A stretch of 19,686 nucleotides of DNA from Fibrobacterota bacterium (lineage in GTDB: Bacteria > Fibrobacterota > Fibrobacteria > UBA11236): NCBI GenBank assembly GCA_043753995.1, contig JAYUVP010000278.1:1-19686 (forward strand), read 5' to 3'. The translations under genes and the position numbers were made by a program. Positions 1-9,583 of the stretch are shown one piece after another (positions within the stretch are counted from its first letter, which is position 1; each line of letters opens with the position of its first letter). The notes under the pieces are model-generated. The model saw only the letters and a program-made list of their open reading frames with translations, ran no database searches and was not told where the DNA came from.

Positions 1-121
1 GCGCAACAGCGGTCTCCATTGAATATCCAGAATCTGTTTAAAGGCCAATTGACGAATAAATATTGCTCATAAGCAAAGCATTTGGACAACCGTAAATAAT
101 TAACCCGTGATGGAATTTCAA

Positions 122-158
122 GAAGGAGTTTTTAAAAAAGAAATTCAAAAACTCCTTC
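122..158. terminator. 12-bp perfect inverted repeat just downstream of thiC; possible terminator or stabilising hairpin
   Basis: GAAGGAGTTTTT (122-133) and AAAAACTCCTTC (147-158) with a 13-nt loop, 17 nt past the thiC stop. The stem is AT-rich and no clean U-tract follows it on the minus strand. Confidence 0.45.
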
Positions 159-175
159 AAAACCCAATCACACCC

Positions 176-2232
<2,057 letters not shown>

Positions 2233-2239
2233 AATTGGA

Positions 2240-2245
2240 AATATA
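2240..2245 (-). promoter_or_regulatory. Candidate sigma70 -10 element (TATATT) for the riboswitch-thiC transcript
   Basis: TATATT ends 7 nt before the first P1 base of the riboswitch. No good -35 element seen. Confidence 0.5.
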
Positions 2246-2271
2246 GCCGGTCTTGGGCACCAGCACCGACC

Positions 2272-3357
2272 CTACTCCAAGTCCACCGGTCGTCCCGTGC
2301 GCAGGCTTTCCTCCGCCGCAAGGGCCAAACGCAAAGTGGCTAATGCCTGGGCTTGATGCGCTCGCAAATCGGTGTTTTCGCGAATGGCTTTGAGAAAAAA
2401 GGCTTGTTCGCATTCACAAAGGTGCTGTCGCGTCGGCTCTTCGGGAATTTCCCAAATTTCCCTTACCGGCATTTCTTGGTTTTGGGTAGAGAGCGGAACC
2501 TTTTGCACAGTCACGCGTGTTTTGGCGTGGGTTTGGGGTGGCCTGTTCTGGCTGTCCTTCGTGGGCGGTAATAGCCTCACGCTACCCTCCGGGCCCCAGG
2601 CTTCGCGCAGAGGTGGGTTGCCAGTGTCTATCATCGGACCCCAACCGGCTTCAAACCATCCCAGCGATCCATCGGCATAGGCAATTTGCACTTGGGCATA
2701 ATTGGGAGCCTCCAAACCCTCGGCAAGCCGGACTCCCATGGCCTGGACACGTAGTGGTTTAGTGCCGACTATTTCCTGCATCAAGTCGAAATAATGCACA
2801 CCACCATCCAATAAAGGTGAGAACGATTGCATCAAGCGCCGTTGTCGCTGCCAATGTTCTCCCGCGCTGTATTGATTCAAATTCATGCGCATCACGAGAG
2901 GTTTACCCAAGGTCTTTGCTTCGGCAACAAAGCGCCGATAGGCTGGATGATGTTGCAGCAAATATCCCACAACAACTTGCCGTTTATGAAATGCCGCAGT
3001 TGCGAAAACCTTTTGGGCTTGCATCAGGTTTTTGCCCAAAGGTTTTTCGACAAAAACATGCGCCCCGCTTTCTAACGCCATCAAAGCGAATTCAACGTGG
3101 GTATCGGAATAGGTGTTGATTGAAACCGCCTCGGGTCGCGTCTCCGCCAGTGCCTGGGCATAGTTTTCGAATTGAGGAATGGGACGACTTTCACCGCTAC
3201 CGAAATTCCGGGCCAATTCTTGAGCTAAAAGGCTACGGGTATCTCCGCCTCGGCTGACAAGACCGACAATCTCAAATTCTTGCAAGGCATGATAAGCTCG
3301 GGCATGGGCCGCCCCCATGTACCCGCAACCCACGACTAAAATGCGAATGCGGCTCAC
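2272..3357 (-). CDS. Gfo/Idh/MocA family NAD(P)-dependent oxidoreductase (probably acts on a sugar or cyclitol)
   Basis: N-terminal Rossmann motif ILVVGCGYMG, HVFVEKP motif and DGGVHYFD motif. GTG start preceded by the SD GAGGTGA. Confidence 0.9.
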   Translation of the reverse strand: MSRIRILVVGCGYMGAAHARAYHALQEFEIVGLVSRGGDTRSLLAQELARNFGSGESRPIPQFENYAQALAETRPEAVSINTYSDTHVEFALMALESGAHVFVEKPLGKNLMQAQKVFATAAFHKRQVVVGYLLQHHPAYRRFVAEAKTLGKPLVMRMNLNQYSAGEHWQRQRRLMQSFSPLLDGGVHYFDLMQEIVGTKPLRVQAMGVRLAEGLEAPNYAQVQIAYADGSLGWFEAGWGPMIDTGNPPLREAWGPEGSVRLLPPTKDSQNRPPQTHAKTRVTVQKVPLSTQNQEMPVREIWEIPEEPTRQHLCECEQAFFLKAIRENTDLRAHQAQALATLRLALAAEESLRTGRPVDLE

Positions 3358-3433
3358 CGATCACCTCGGGTTGGGAAGGACATCCCTGTGAAAGAACAGG
3401 GAAATAAGTTTTCTTTCAACTTCAAAATTTAGT

Positions 3434-3509
3434 GGGGCCATAGCTCAGTTGGTAGAGCGATTCGTTCGCAATGAATAGGCCAGCGGTTCGACTCCGCTTG
3501 GCTCCACCA
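3434..3509 (+). tRNA. tRNA-Ala (anticodon CGC)
   Basis: 76-nt cloverleaf. Acceptor stem GGGGCCA/TGGCTCC with the G3:U70 alanine identity pair, D-arm GCTCAGTTGGTAGAGC, anticodon arm ATTCG-TTCGCAA-TGAAT, T-loop TTCGACT, encoded ACCA end. Confidence 0.98.
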
Positions 3510-3512
3510 GAT

Positions 3513-3547
3513 AGCCCTCAGTCGAAAGACTGAGGGCTTTTTGTTTT
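3513..3547 (+). terminator. Intrinsic terminator of tRNA-Ala
   Basis: AGCCCTCAGTC-GAAA-GACTGAGGGCT: 11-bp perfect stem with a GNRA loop, followed by TTTTGTTTT. Confidence 0.92.
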
Positions 3548-3558
3548 CCGTCCACCAA

Positions 3559-3891
3559 TTAAAGAGCCGCTCCCAAAAGTCGGCGCATCAATAAACCCTG
3601 AAAGTCTCGACGGCCATCGGCAATCAGGTAAACAAAGACCGAGCTTGCTTTGACGCGATACCCAATGCGGTAGGGCTTGAAAAAGATTTCGCGATATTCC
3701 TTGATGCCTAAGGCTAAAAGTTCTTTAGGGTAAGCGCCTTTATTCGGGAATTTTCGCAATGACGAGACCGATTTTTCCATGCTTTCAAGGACGTGATCGG
3801 CAGAGCGGGGGGAATCGTGGTCAGCGATGTATTCACAAAGTTCATTCAAATCACGAATGGCATGATGCGTGAATTCGACGGAATAGTTCAA
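3559..3891 (-). CDS. Type II toxin, RelE/ParE superfamily (ParE-like)
   Basis: 110 aa with N-terminal YSVEFTHHAIRDL..I..YIA, FPNKG and C-terminal YRIGYRV...VYLIADGRRD. The TTG start overlaps the antitoxin TGA stop (TTGA). Confidence 0.9.
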   Translation of the reverse strand: MNYSVEFTHHAIRDLNELCEYIADHDSPRSADHVLESMEKSVSSLRKFPNKGAYPKELLALGIKEYREIFFKPYRIGYRVKASSVFVYLIADGRRDFQGLLMRRLLGAAL

Positions 3892-4163
3892 CGGTTTTTT
3901 GCCTTCTTGCGCAAATCAGCAAAGACGGTTTCCGCCGGGGATACCTTGCCCTCTTCGATTTGCTGATTGCCGAGAGCCAGAATTTTGAGTAAAGCCAGGG
4001 CTTCTTGGCTCTCTTCGTAACTGCGAACGTCTTGGATAATCACCTTGGCTTCACCGTTTTGGGTGATGACCATGGGCTCACGAGATTCCATCAAGTCGCG
4101 AACGACTTCGGCCGCATGGGCTTTGAGATAGCTGATGGGGCGGATTTGGGTGGAAAATTGCAT
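3888..4163 (-). CDS. Type II antitoxin, Phd/YefM family
   Basis: 91 aa with the Phd-type N-terminal domain IRPISYLKAHAAEV...PMVITQNGEAKVII. Lies upstream of the toxin and overlaps its start. Confidence 0.92.
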   Translation of the reverse strand: MQFSTQIRPISYLKAHAAEVVRDLMESREPMVITQNGEAKVIIQDVRSYEESQEALALLKILALGNQQIEEGKVSPAETVFADLRKKAKNR

Positions 4164-4190
4164 GACCTGAATTTAGTCCTATGAAATCCG

Positions 4191-5306
4191 CTAAATCAAA
4201 GCAATTCCGCTTTGCGCGTCGAATAGACGGGCCTTTTCCCATTGCGGAAAGCAGCGAATGCTTTCTTGCCCGCGCAGGCCGGATGCGGCACTGACGCGTA
4301 CGACGAAGTGATGGGAGTCTTCTTGAAGATAGAGTAAGGTGGAACCGCCCAAACGTTCGATCAAAGAAAGTCGTCCGCCAAGCCCGGGATCAACCGACTG
4401 GGAAAGATTTGGAGTTAGAGCGATGTCTTCGGGGCGAAGGCCGAGAACCAACGGTCCCGATGTCATGCTGGCCAATCCTGGATGCGCTGCCACCAAGGCA
4501 GTAGGTAACGTTAAATGTTCCGTCATTCCCGGGTGACGAAACACCCAGGTTTCCCCCTGGCGCTCACCATGGCCTTCAAGAAAAGACATGCCGGGATTGC
4601 CGATGAAGCCCGCCACGAAACGGTTGGCGGGTTCGCGATACAAGCTGTCGGGATCCGCGACTTGTTGCAAAATGCCGTCGCGCATCACCGCCACGCGATC
4701 ACCCAGAGTGAGGGCCTCGCCCTGATCGTGGGTGACGAAAAGCATGGAGGCGGAAAGCTCACGATGGAGCTTGCCGATTTCGACGCGCAATTGCGCGCGC
4801 AAGGCGGCGTCCAGGCTGGATAGCGGTTCGTCAAATAGAAAGACCTTGGGTCGCCGCAATAAGGCGCGACCTAATGCGGCGCGCTGGCGTTCGCCGCCGC
4901 TGATTTGTGCGGGCATGCGGTCTAGCAAGGAGGAAATACCGAGGCGAGAGGCCACTTCATTGGCTTGGTTATGAGCATCCCGACGCGAGGCTCCACGCAT
5001 GCGCAGGCCATAGGCCATATTTTCGCGCACATTGAGATGGGGGAACAGGGCGTAATTCTGCAGCATGAGGGCCATGTCGCGGCGCTTGGGGGGCAGGCCA
5101 TTGAGGGTAATCCCGTCCAATTGCATGTGGCCGGAAGTCTCTTCTTCTAGCCCGGCTAGCAAACGCAACAAGGTGGATTTGCCGCAACCGGAGGGTCCGA
5201 CGACGGTGAGCAATTCTCCCGCCGCCACGTCAAGATCGAGAGGCTGCAAGGCCGTGACTCCACCCGCATAGGTCTTGGATAATTGTTTTAGGACAAGCTG
5301 CGCCAT
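4191..5306 (-). CDS. Carbohydrate ABC transporter ATP-binding subunit (MalK/UgpC-like)
   Basis: Walker A GPSGCGKS, QNYALFPH, signature ISGGERQR, Walker B FLFDEP, H-loop VTHD, and a C-terminal OB/TOBE-type region with GLRPED. Confidence 0.95.
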   Translation of the reverse strand: MAQLVLKQLSKTYAGGVTALQPLDLDVAAGELLTVVGPSGCGKSTLLRLLAGLEEETSGHMQLDGITLNGLPPKRRDMALMLQNYALFPHLNVRENMAYGLRMRGASRRDAHNQANEVASRLGISSLLDRMPAQISGGERQRAALGRALLRRPKVFLFDEPLSSLDAALRAQLRVEIGKLHRELSASMLFVTHDQGEALTLGDRVAVMRDGILQQVADPDSLYREPANRFVAGFIGNPGMSFLEGHGERQGETWVFRHPGMTEHLTLPTALVAAHPGLASMTSGPLVLGLRPEDIALTPNLSQSVDPGLGGRLSLIERLGGSTLLYLQEDSHHFVVRVSAASGLRGQESIRCFPQWEKARLFDAQSGIALI

Positions 5307-5319
5307 TCCGTCCTTTCCT

Positions 5320-6150
5320 TCACTGCACGGTTAGGTCGGCCAAAGCCGTACGCAAGTGACGGAAGAAGAAAGCGAAAATCACGAAGGCGGGCAAAACCGC
5401 GAGCGTCGATCCCGCCATGAGAAAACTATAAGGCGTATGTAGGCTGGAGCCATTGAGCGTCGCCAAGGAAATTCCGATGGTGAGTTGATTGGGGGAATTG
5501 AGCATGACGAGAGGGAGTAAATGCTCTTGCCAAGCGAAAACGAAATGGATGAGGCCGTAGGCGAAGAAGGTCGGCTTCATGAGAGGCAGGGCGGTGAGGA
5601 AAAGGCGGGGTTCCGATGCGCCTTCGGCGCGAGCTAATTGAAACAATTCTTCGGGCAAGCGCCGCCAGGCTTGCACGAAAAAAAGAATGCCTATGCCGCT
5701 CACGGCTCCGGGAAAGATGACGCTCCATGGGGTATCGAGCAATCGCAAGTGATTCATCCAAACGAATAAGGGCAAGACCATGGCTTGGCGGGGAATGAGC
5801 ACGACTAGAATCGCCGCCAAAAGGATGACGGGCCGCCAGCGGAAGCGATAGCGTGCGAGGACAAATGCCGCGGGGGCGCACAGAGCGAGGGCCAACAGGG
5901 TTTGGGCGATGGCGATGAAAAAGGTGTTGGCAAATTGCCGGGGAAAGGGAATCACTTCGCCCTGAACCAAGGCGCGATAGGCACGCAAAGGGAAATGCTC
6001 GGGCCAAAGCGGCCAAGCCTGGAAAATCGCGTCGACGGGCTTGAAGGCTGCCAGTGCCATCCAAACAAAGGGATAGGCGCAGATCAGGGCTAGGCCACCT
6101 AGCGCTAGGGTAGCGGCCAGGCTACCCCAGAAGCTTCGCGGAATTTTCAT
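5320..6150 (-). CDS. Carbohydrate ABC transporter permease (MalG-like)
   Basis: Hydrophobic protein with YPFVWM and the EAA-like loop LPEELFQLARAEGASE. Start taken at ATG 6150, which overlaps the upstream permease stop (ATGA). The ORF-track extension to 6567 overlaps the upstream gene. Confidence 0.92.
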   Translation of the reverse strand: MKIPRSFWGSLAATLALGGLALICAYPFVWMALAAFKPVDAIFQAWPLWPEHFPLRAYRALVQGEVIPFPRQFANTFFIAIAQTLLALALCAPAAFVLARYRFRWRPVILLAAILVVLIPRQAMVLPLFVWMNHLRLLDTPWSVIFPGAVSGIGILFFVQAWRRLPEELFQLARAEGASEPRLFLTALPLMKPTFFAYGLIHFVFAWQEHLLPLVMLNSPNQLTIGISLATLNGSSLHTPYSFLMAGSTLAVLPAFVIFAFFFRHLRTALADLTVQ

Positions 6151-7055
6151 GCCGCCACCTGCGCGGACGCAGCGCGATGCGTACGGCGTCGGCGCCATCC
6201 GGGAAAGGTGAGGGCAAAGGTCAGAAGCATGAGCCAGGGCACCAGAGTAAAACCCATTGCAGCAGCGGTTCCGAAATGTCCTAAGGTGAAGGCGGTGTAA
6301 TAGGTGTAGGCCACCAGCAATAAACCGGCGTCGAGTGTTCCTCCGGAACCGCCGAGTAGCACATAGGATCCTTCGAAAAGAACGAAGGCGTCGAGGAAAA
6401 GGAAGGCGGCAACGAACCAAAGGACGGGGGACAGTAACGGCAAGGTGACGGTGCGGAAGGTTTGCCAGGCAGAGGCGCCTTCGACGCGGCTGAGATAAAT
6501 GTATTCGCGGGGTATACCTTGAAGACCGGACAAGAGCAGCAGGGTAACGAAGCCGCACCAACGCCACAGCGTTTGCAACATGAGGGCGGGCTTGATGAAA
6601 TTCGGATCGCGCAGCCAGTCAATGGCGGGAAGACCCAGGGGTTTTAGCAATAAGGCATTGAGCAGGCCATTCGGCCCATTGAAAACCAGCAAATACAAAA
6701 GCGCCAATACCACCGGAGGGGTCAATCCAGGCAATAGCAGGGCCAAAAGCAATGGACCACGGGCCTTGGTAAAAGCCCTTTGCAAGCTCAAAGCCAGCAA
6801 TAGGGAAAGGGTGGTTACCAGGGGTATGCTGAAAGCCGCGTAGACTGCGGTATTGCGCAAGGCATGCAGGAAGCGGCTATCTCGCCATATTTCTTGAAAG
6901 TGGGCGAGGCCGACAAAGGTGGTTTCATCAAATAGCTCATCGCTTTGCAGGCTGAGCCAAAATCCTTGCACCAGGGGTATGGCCCAGAAAAGCAAGAGGG
7001 CCGCGACAAAAGGCGCCAGTAGCAGCCAGGGTACGGGCTGTTGGCGCCTCGCCAT
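6147..7055 (-). CDS. Carbohydrate ABC transporter permease (MalF-like)
   Basis: Motifs PWLLLAP, FVGLAHF, ALRNT and the EAA-like loop GLQGIPREYIYLSRVEGASAWQTFRTVTLPLL; several transmembrane segments. Confidence 0.93.
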   Translation of the reverse strand: MARRQQPVPWLLLAPFVAALLLFWAIPLVQGFWLSLQSDELFDETTFVGLAHFQEIWRDSRFLHALRNTAVYAAFSIPLVTTLSLLLALSLQRAFTKARGPLLLALLLPGLTPPVVLALLYLLVFNGPNGLLNALLLKPLGLPAIDWLRDPNFIKPALMLQTLWRWCGFVTLLLLSGLQGIPREYIYLSRVEGASAWQTFRTVTLPLLSPVLWFVAAFLFLDAFVLFEGSYVLLGGSGGTLDAGLLLVAYTYYTAFTLGHFGTAAAMGFTLVPWLMLLTFALTFPGWRRRRTHRAASAQVAA

Positions 7056-7058
7056 AGA

Positions 7059-8378
7059 TTATTTGGCGCCTTCGACGCTAGGGGTCGGATTCAAGATTTC
7101 CTGGCGCACCAAGCCCACGACTTCTTCGGGAGTACGTGTGCCTTGCAATAGGGTATTCCAATAGCGCTCGCGCAGCATATTGACGAATTGGGCGCGATGG
7201 GGTGACTGATGGGCCATAGGCGATTGTGGCGCCAATTCGAGCAATAATCCCGAAAAGGATTGGCCCGAGAAATAGGGGTCGGGCTGATTGAAGCGCAAGT
7301 CGGACCATGCGGGGGTGTAGGCCGGAAAGCAATTGCCCTGTAGGAAGCGCTGAACATTGGCTTCGACATCGGTCATGACCCATTTCATGAAGGACCAGGC
7401 TCTATCGACTTGCTTGCTTTTCTTAAAAATCACCAGGCCTTGGCCTGAAAAATTGGAAGTCGTTTTGCGGCCACGCGAAAGGGAATCGGTCCAAACCGGA
7501 AGTGGCATGGCCTTCCATTTGCCGCTATGCTTGGGGTCAAAATTCTTGATCATGTCGAGGCCGTACCAGTCGGCGCTCATCACGGTGAGTATGCCATTGT
7601 TGGCGACATAGCTATTGAAAAACTCGGGCTCGTAAATGCTGCCGCGATCGGGAGTCAGGCCTATGCCTTCGGTTTTCCATTTTTGCAGGCGAGTCAAAGT
7701 CTCAGCCGCGATGGCAGAGTCGGGCAAGGGCTTGCCTTCTCCATCAAAGACATCATAACCCCGCTGCCGCATCATGATTTCGAAATAAGACCAGTCGAGG
7801 GCAATCATGCTTCGCGACTCGCTTTTGATTTTGCGAGCGACGGTTTCAAATTTGTCCCAGGTGTCTATCATGCGCGGTGTGATGTGCAAGTCCTGGAAAA
7901 GATCATCGCGATAATACAGCACCACATTGCTTGTGCTTTGGGCAAGGCCATAGGTCTTGCCCTTCCAGGTGAATAAGCCTTGTCGCTGAGGCAAGAGGGT
8001 TTTATCCAACCCGGCGGCTTGAATGCGCGAGGTCAAATCGACGAAGGGAACCTTACCCGCCAAATAAAGGCTGATATAAATCTCGTCGATTTGCACGATA
8101 TCAGGGGGATTGATGCCAGCCTTGATAGCGATGGCCAATTTGTCGGGCATTTCCGTGAAGCCATAGGAGCGAATCTCCGCTGTGAATTTGGCATCGACCT
8201 GGCTTTGGTAGAGGCGAACCATTTCCCGGTAATATTTTTCATCGGTTTGCCCATTGCACCAGATCACCACCGGAGGGGGTTCGGCCGCCCAAACATGTGA
8301 GCTTAGGACAAAGGTGAGCAGGGCAAAAGTCAAATGGAAAAAGGCATTCCGAAAGGTCTGAAAAGCATTGGTTTTCAT
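7059..8378 (-). CDS. Carbohydrate ABC transporter substrate-binding protein (CUT1-like)
   Basis: Sec signal peptide ending VWA|AE with no lipobox; motifs PPDIVQID, GKTYGL, LYYRDDLF and AWSFMKW; first gene of the ABC operon. Confidence 0.9.
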   Translation of the reverse strand: MKTNAFQTFRNAFFHLTFALLTFVLSSHVWAAEPPPVVIWCNGQTDEKYYREMVRLYQSQVDAKFTAEIRSYGFTEMPDKLAIAIKAGINPPDIVQIDEIYISLYLAGKVPFVDLTSRIQAAGLDKTLLPQRQGLFTWKGKTYGLAQSTSNVVLYYRDDLFQDLHITPRMIDTWDKFETVARKIKSESRSMIALDWSYFEIMMRQRGYDVFDGEGKPLPDSAIAAETLTRLQKWKTEGIGLTPDRGSIYEPEFFNSYVANNGILTVMSADWYGLDMIKNFDPKHSGKWKAMPLPVWTDSLSRGRKTTSNFSGQGLVIFKKSKQVDRAWSFMKWVMTDVEANVQRFLQGNCFPAYTPAWSDLRFNQPDPYFSGQSFSGLLLELAPQSPMAHQSPHRAQFVNMLRERYWNTLLQGTRTPEEVVGLVRQEILNPTPSVEGAK

Positions 8379-8387
8379 AGTGGCATC

Positions 8388-8398
8388 AATATACCACA
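8388..8398 (-). promoter_or_regulatory. Candidate extended -10 promoter (TGTG-G-TATATT) for the ABC operon
   Basis: The minus strand reads TGTGGTATATT within the 23-bp tssG/binding-protein gap, 9 nt before the ATG. No SD sequence. Confidence 0.55.
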
Positions 8399-8401
8399 GA
8401 C

Positions 8402-9583
8402 TTAAAATCGCAGCCGTAAAAGGCCTCGGTAATCCTTGTCCCAGGTCATATAGGTGGCCATGCCCAGCAAGTATTCATCGCCTCCCAACCCCAAATTGAC
8501 ACCTTCCGGCGGGCTTACGAGAACCGTCACCGCAAAATCGAAGGGATCACGCAAATAATTGTCCACCATGGCCCTTATTTCTGCGGCCAAACCGCGTGAA
8601 AAGTCAAAAGGCATGGCCCCAGAATTTTTTTGTCCGGTTGGCAAAAAGCGTCGCATATGGCTCGAAGGCAGAGGTCCGATTTCCACCTCAAAGCGTCCCA
8701 CATGATCATTCATGTTGAAGCCAATGCGCATGCTGCCGCCCAGGGTCGCTCCGATACCGCCTAAAGCCGCGGGTATGGGAATGGGTACGCTTTGCCTTAC
8801 GAACTCACGGACTTTCACACGATTGAATTCGAAATAGCCTCGTAAAAGTTGCTCCAAGCCCTTGGCCGATCGCACTCTGTTCCCCAAAAACCGGGCATAG
8901 GGAATGCGTTTCAAATCGCCTAAGGTCAAGGCCAGCGGCGTTGCCAGGGCTTGAAATTCGGCGGTGCGTCCAGGGGGAGGCAATTTGGGTCGCCGGGTGG
9001 AAGCCGTGATGGGCCATTGCCCGGTGAGGCCTAAAAGCCTTTGCGTATAGTCGTCTTCGCCGCCGGCCTTGAATTGCAAGGGGTGGCGGTATTTCTTCCA
9101 AGCTCGATAAAAAAGCGAATACAGACGATGACCGAAAATGTCGAGAAATTTTCGCAGTTGAAAGTATTCGAATTTTCGCAGGGTGATGGGATCGATGAAG
9201 TAGGAGGGTAACGGAGAAGAGACCCCATACAATCCCATGAAGGTGAGATCCATGCGCATGGGTCCATTTTTCCCGCGCACCTGGGTAATGGAGTCGGCGG
9301 GAGGAGGCGTCGCCTCGTCTTCGACGGCCCGCGCCGGGGTTTTTTGCTTTTCCGCTTGCTTCACCTGTTCGCCCAGCGAAAGCGGGGGAAGCAGCGAGGC
9401 AATTTCTCCGGGTGGAAAGGACAGGGAATTGTGCGTCTCGAAACGCACCGGTTCGCCTTTCAATTCATCGGCCGTCCCCACTGCGCTACGATCGGGAAAA
9501 AGCCTTTCCAGCAGATGAACTGCCTGAAAAAAATTCAGGTTATAAGCCTGCTTGCCTAACAGGTTTTTCAGATCGAGTGGCAA
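8402..9583 (-). CDS. tssG: T6SS baseplate subunit TssG
   Basis: Motifs FFQAVHLLE, SLSFPPGEI, FMGLYGVSSPLP, FLDIFGHRLYSLFYRAWKKYR, RSAKGLEQLL and IGPL. Overlaps the 3' end of tssF. The TTG start is uncertain. Confidence 0.92.
   Translation of the reverse strand: MPLDLKNLLGKQAYNLNFFQAVHLLERLFPDRSAVGTADELKGEPVRFETHNSLSFPPGEIASLLPPLSLGEQVKQAEKQKTPARAVEDEATPPPADSITQVRGKNGPMRMDLTFMGLYGVSSPLPSYFIDPITLRKFEYFQLRKFLDIFGHRLYSLFYRAWKKYRHPLQFKAGGEDDYTQRLLGLTGQWPITASTRRPKLPPPGRTAEFQALATPLALTLGDLKRIPYARFLGNRVRSAKGLEQLLRGYFEFNRVKVREFVRQSVPIPIPAALGGIGATLGGSMRIGFNMNDHVGRFEVEIGPLPSSHMRRFLPTGQKNSGAMPFDFSRGLAAEIRAMVDNYLRDPFDFAVTVLVSPPEGVNLGLGGDEYLLGMATYMTWDKDYRGLLRLRF

Noticed and set aside
1..106. Possible gene start (ATG at 19, minus strand) and a 10-codon ORF at 70-38 in AT-rich DNA
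   Set aside because: Too short or truncated to support, and no clear SD.
3485..3509. tRNA 3' end as an att site with a second copy in the window
   Set aside because: No second copy or integrase gene noticed by eye; one could still lie outside the window.
3513..3538. Bidirectional terminator also serving the TA/ABC transcript
   Set aside because: No U-tract follows the hairpin on the minus strand (ATCTGG follows).
3559..4163. TA pair as a T6SS effector/immunity pair
   Set aside because: Both proteins have ordinary type II TA signatures and antitoxin-first order, with no VgrG/PAAR/Rhs or adaptor features.
6151..6567. Arg-rich N-terminal extension of the 415-aa permease ORF
   Set aside because: It is an alternative frame of the upstream permease; the ATGA-coupled start at 6150 gives a normal-length MalG-like protein.
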